A DNA stretch of 60,651 bases, filler included, from Jimgerdemannia flammicorona (taxonomy: Eukaryota), in assembly GCA_003990765.1 (NCBI GenBank). It is 3 parts of 3 records of this genome, joined end to end, with 100 filler letters (N's around TTAATTAATTAA, not from the genome) between each part and the next. Parts side by side here need not be neighbours in the genome. Positions count along the whole stretch, not along the records: positions 40,505 to 60,651 come from RBNJ01001749.1; 2 more parts are not named here. The stretch is one strand, 5' to 3'. Under the pieces are notes generated by a model. The model ran no database searches and was not told the origin of the DNA. It worked only from the letters and a program-made list of their open reading frames with translations. A program made the translations under genes and the position numbers. This document shows positions 57,801-60,651 of the stretch, piece after piece (position 1 is the stretch's first letter; each line of letters begins with the position of its first letter).

Positions 57801-60651
57801 ATGGGTAGAGGACGTCCAGGCAAAGATTACTTTGGAGGTGGGAGAGTTTATCTGTGGGTGTCCATTGGATGAGATTGAAGGAGGCTGCGAGAGTTTATTG
57901 GGGTGGAGCTGGTAGAGAGGCAGGGAGATAGAGGAGGAGGTGAATACAGTATGCTTCAAATAGGCTGAGGAGATTGCAGTTAGAGTGGGTGGATTTGCTT
58001 ATATCTGATGAGGTGGAGGATTGGAGGTTAAAGAGGGTGAAATTGGAAGTTGTAGAACTACAACAGGTGTTGAGAGAGGAGGAGGAGACTCATATGCGAG
58101 GAATGGCAACCAGGCTAAGATGGCAGGGGCTTGAGGAGGGAGAGCGGCCTACTAGGTACTTATCTAGACTCCTCAAAGCCAGATGGGTGAGACATTGGTG
58201 GGATGGGATCTTGAATACTGAGGGAGAGTTGGTGTATGATATATAGCAGATCCTGGAAGTATTGAAGGAGAATTGGTGGGGTCTGTGGAGTGAGGAAGAA
58301 GGAGATGCTAATGTGGAGGTGATTGGTGACACACTGGAGGAGTGGGAGCCACCACAGATAGAGGGGCTGGGTGACTTGATCTTACCAGTCCAGGAGGAGG
58401 AGATCCAAGGAGTCCTGGTAGCAACTAAGCTTGGGACAGTGCCAGGAGAGGATGGGTTACCGTGGGACTTCTGGAAGAAGATGGTGGAAGTCCCTGGGAT
58501 GCTGGGAGAGATGGCGGCCCTCTGTGACTATGTTCTTCTAAGTGGCATGTAGGTTGGAGAGCAGGACTTAGGGCTGGTGGCCCTATTGTATAAAGATAAT
58601 GGCTGGCATGAGGATTGGAAGAACTGGAGGTCAATCATGCTTCTGGATATAGATCAGAAGTTGGTGACTAAGGTGATTATTGCAAGGCTACAGAAGGTTG
58701 CTCAACAGGTGCTGGGTGAGGAGCAGTGGGGCTTTGTAGGAGGTAGACTTATCAGAGATAGAACTGCCTGGGTGTATGGCATTATTGAAGGGGCCCAGGC
58801 CTGCAGACTAGATGGTAGACTGGTTTTTTTGGACCAGGAGAAGGCCTATGACCATGTTCGGCGGGTTTGGCTGGGCAAGGTACTGGACAGAATTGGTATT
58901 CTGCCACAGTTTCAGGCCTCTATGTTGAGTTTGTTGGAAGGAAGTAGAGCAGCGCTGATGTATAATAGTCACAGGGATTTGGCATTCCCCTTGGAGAGAG
59001 GAGTCCCTCAAGGGGACCCGCTGTCCCCTATTCTTTATATACTCTCCTTGGAACCTTTGATGGACAGGATCCATAAGAGGGTGACTGGGCTCTCTGTGTA
59101 TGACGTGGAGTAGAAGGTGGGGGCCTTTGCAAATGATATAGTAGTTGGACTTAGGTCAGTAGTGGATGTAGAGGCTCTTCAGGAAACAGTGGAGTGGTAT
59201 GAGGCACACTCTGGAGCAAAGCTCAACTGGCATAAGTGTGAGATGATGGTGCTGGGGAATGGGCTAGTGGGAGGGGATGTCATTGGAACAATTGTCTCCA
59301 CAGGAGAGGTGGTGCAGTATCTAGGTATCTTCCTCTCTGTATATGGATCAGTTCTACTACAAATATGGTGGGAGAGGAGGGTGGATATTTGGAGGGAGGC
59401 TCTGAAAGGTTGGGGGGGTCATCACATCTCCCTGGCAGGGTGGGTGGCGATTCTGAATGTATACTGATTCCCCAAGCTGTGGTATGTAGCATATTACTTA
59501 GACTTTCCTGTTTGAGTGGTGAAGAGACTAATGAAACTGGCTAGGGATTAGATTTGGGTAGGTAGAAGGGCCCAGATCAGTTGAAATATCCTTGTTGAGC
59601 CAGTGCTTAGGGGAGGCCTGGACCTTGTTGATTTCTCTAAGCATCTACACTACCTGTAAGCTTGGTGGTTGAGAAGGGCTATTGATCTACAGGGTGGAGG
59701 TTGGGTACCATTGATGAAAAAGGTGTGGGAGATGAGAGTCTCCCCCCAGGGGTCCTCAGGGGATCTACTCTCTTTAGTAAGTCTGAATGGAAGCTGACGG
59801 CTATGGTATAAGGGCTTCTGGTGGGGAGTGGTCGATGGGGCACACTGGATAGGCTTGCACTGGCATGGCAATGAGGGGGAGGTAGTATGGGGTCCAGCTA
59901 TATGGAGATGGGACTGTCTGCTTCTAGGGGGAGTTCCACTTGCTGAGTTTAATATTAGAGATGGAGTGGAGTATCAGTGGTGAATTGGCCAGAATCTTTG
60001 GCTGAGTAGTTGGCAGGTAGTGAGGATTGGTGAGGAGTGGGACTGGGCAGGGATCTGGTCTTGGAGTACAGAGGTGCAGTGGTGGCTTCCTTCCAAGTTC
60101 TGGGTAGTGTGGTGGTGAATGTTGTGGAGGAATGTTATGTTGAACTTCCATGCTGGACATCTGATAGATGGTGGTCAGCTGGATTGTGAGGAGTGTTATA
60201 ATGTTTGGCAAGTTGGGGGATTTGTACAAATGCCAGAACATTGGCTGGGGGAGTGTGAGGTGCTGGGGGACTTTTGGATAGCTGTAGGGGACCAGCTAGG
60301 GGTTGAGAGGAGACCAGATGGAGAGAGAGGTCGCTGGGAAGAACTGGAATCTAGACTTGTGGGAGGTGTCAGCAATAGGTGGCTTACTGTAGGGTGGGTT
60401 GTGGCAGTGTGGGTGGGGTTGGCTGGACATTGGCTCTTTGTTTTTGAGGAGGGGTGATAGATAGAGATACAGGAGAAGTTGTTGAGATGGGAGGAGTTGG
60501 TGGCAGATTTGCTGATGGGGTGGTAGATTAGATGGGGACCACAAGGTAGGCAACATCGCCGTCTGGTGGAAGGGATCTGTGAACAGAGTGGTGGGCAGGT
60601 AGAGATAGTGTTTGATAAAGTGGTCTTTTGTCAAGTAGGGGTAGGGGGGGG
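54893..60651 (+). mobile_element. Near full-length decayed A-related LINE (subfamily C; ORF1 ATG 54963 to ~56987, ORF2 ATG 57019 to contig end)
   Basis: Colinear with 8093-13760. MNSTTNIFSLNV, SDFN, RIDWIL, SDH, DQEKAYD, GVPQGDPLSP. Many stops. Confidence 0.93.

Overview
Eukaryotic, most likely fungal DNA. An early-diverging, Mucoromycota-like lineage is inferred from gene and intron style and is not proven. The window is three unrelated contigs (1-20153, 20254-40404, 40505-60651) joined by artificial N44-TTAATTAATTAA-N44 linkers. Contig 1 is a nest of five L1/Tx1-like LINE copies from two G-rich subfamilies, with recoverable target-site duplications (TSDs). Contig 2 is gene-dense: RMT2, a ZNFX1/Hrr1-type helicase with NF-X1, RING and RZ fingers and degenerate ATPase motifs, an intronless ACT-domain gene, a CHZ-domain histone chaperone, a Cas1p/CASD1 O-acetyltransferase, an RCF1/HIG1 gene, TMA7 and a DUF1992 gene. 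Most of these have a CACGTG box 55-95 nt upstream. Contig 3 is a second transposon nest. It holds a decayed LINE, a complete gag-protease-only chromovirus derivative with 1.5-kb LTRs, a related 2-kb LTR carrying an ORF, a near full-length LINE, and two copies of an apparently non-coding ~1.18-kb poly(A) retroposon whose AATAAA-hairpin-poly(A) tail mimics the LINE tails. Repeats show strong C>T/G>A hypermutation at both CpG and CpA, which is RIP-like.
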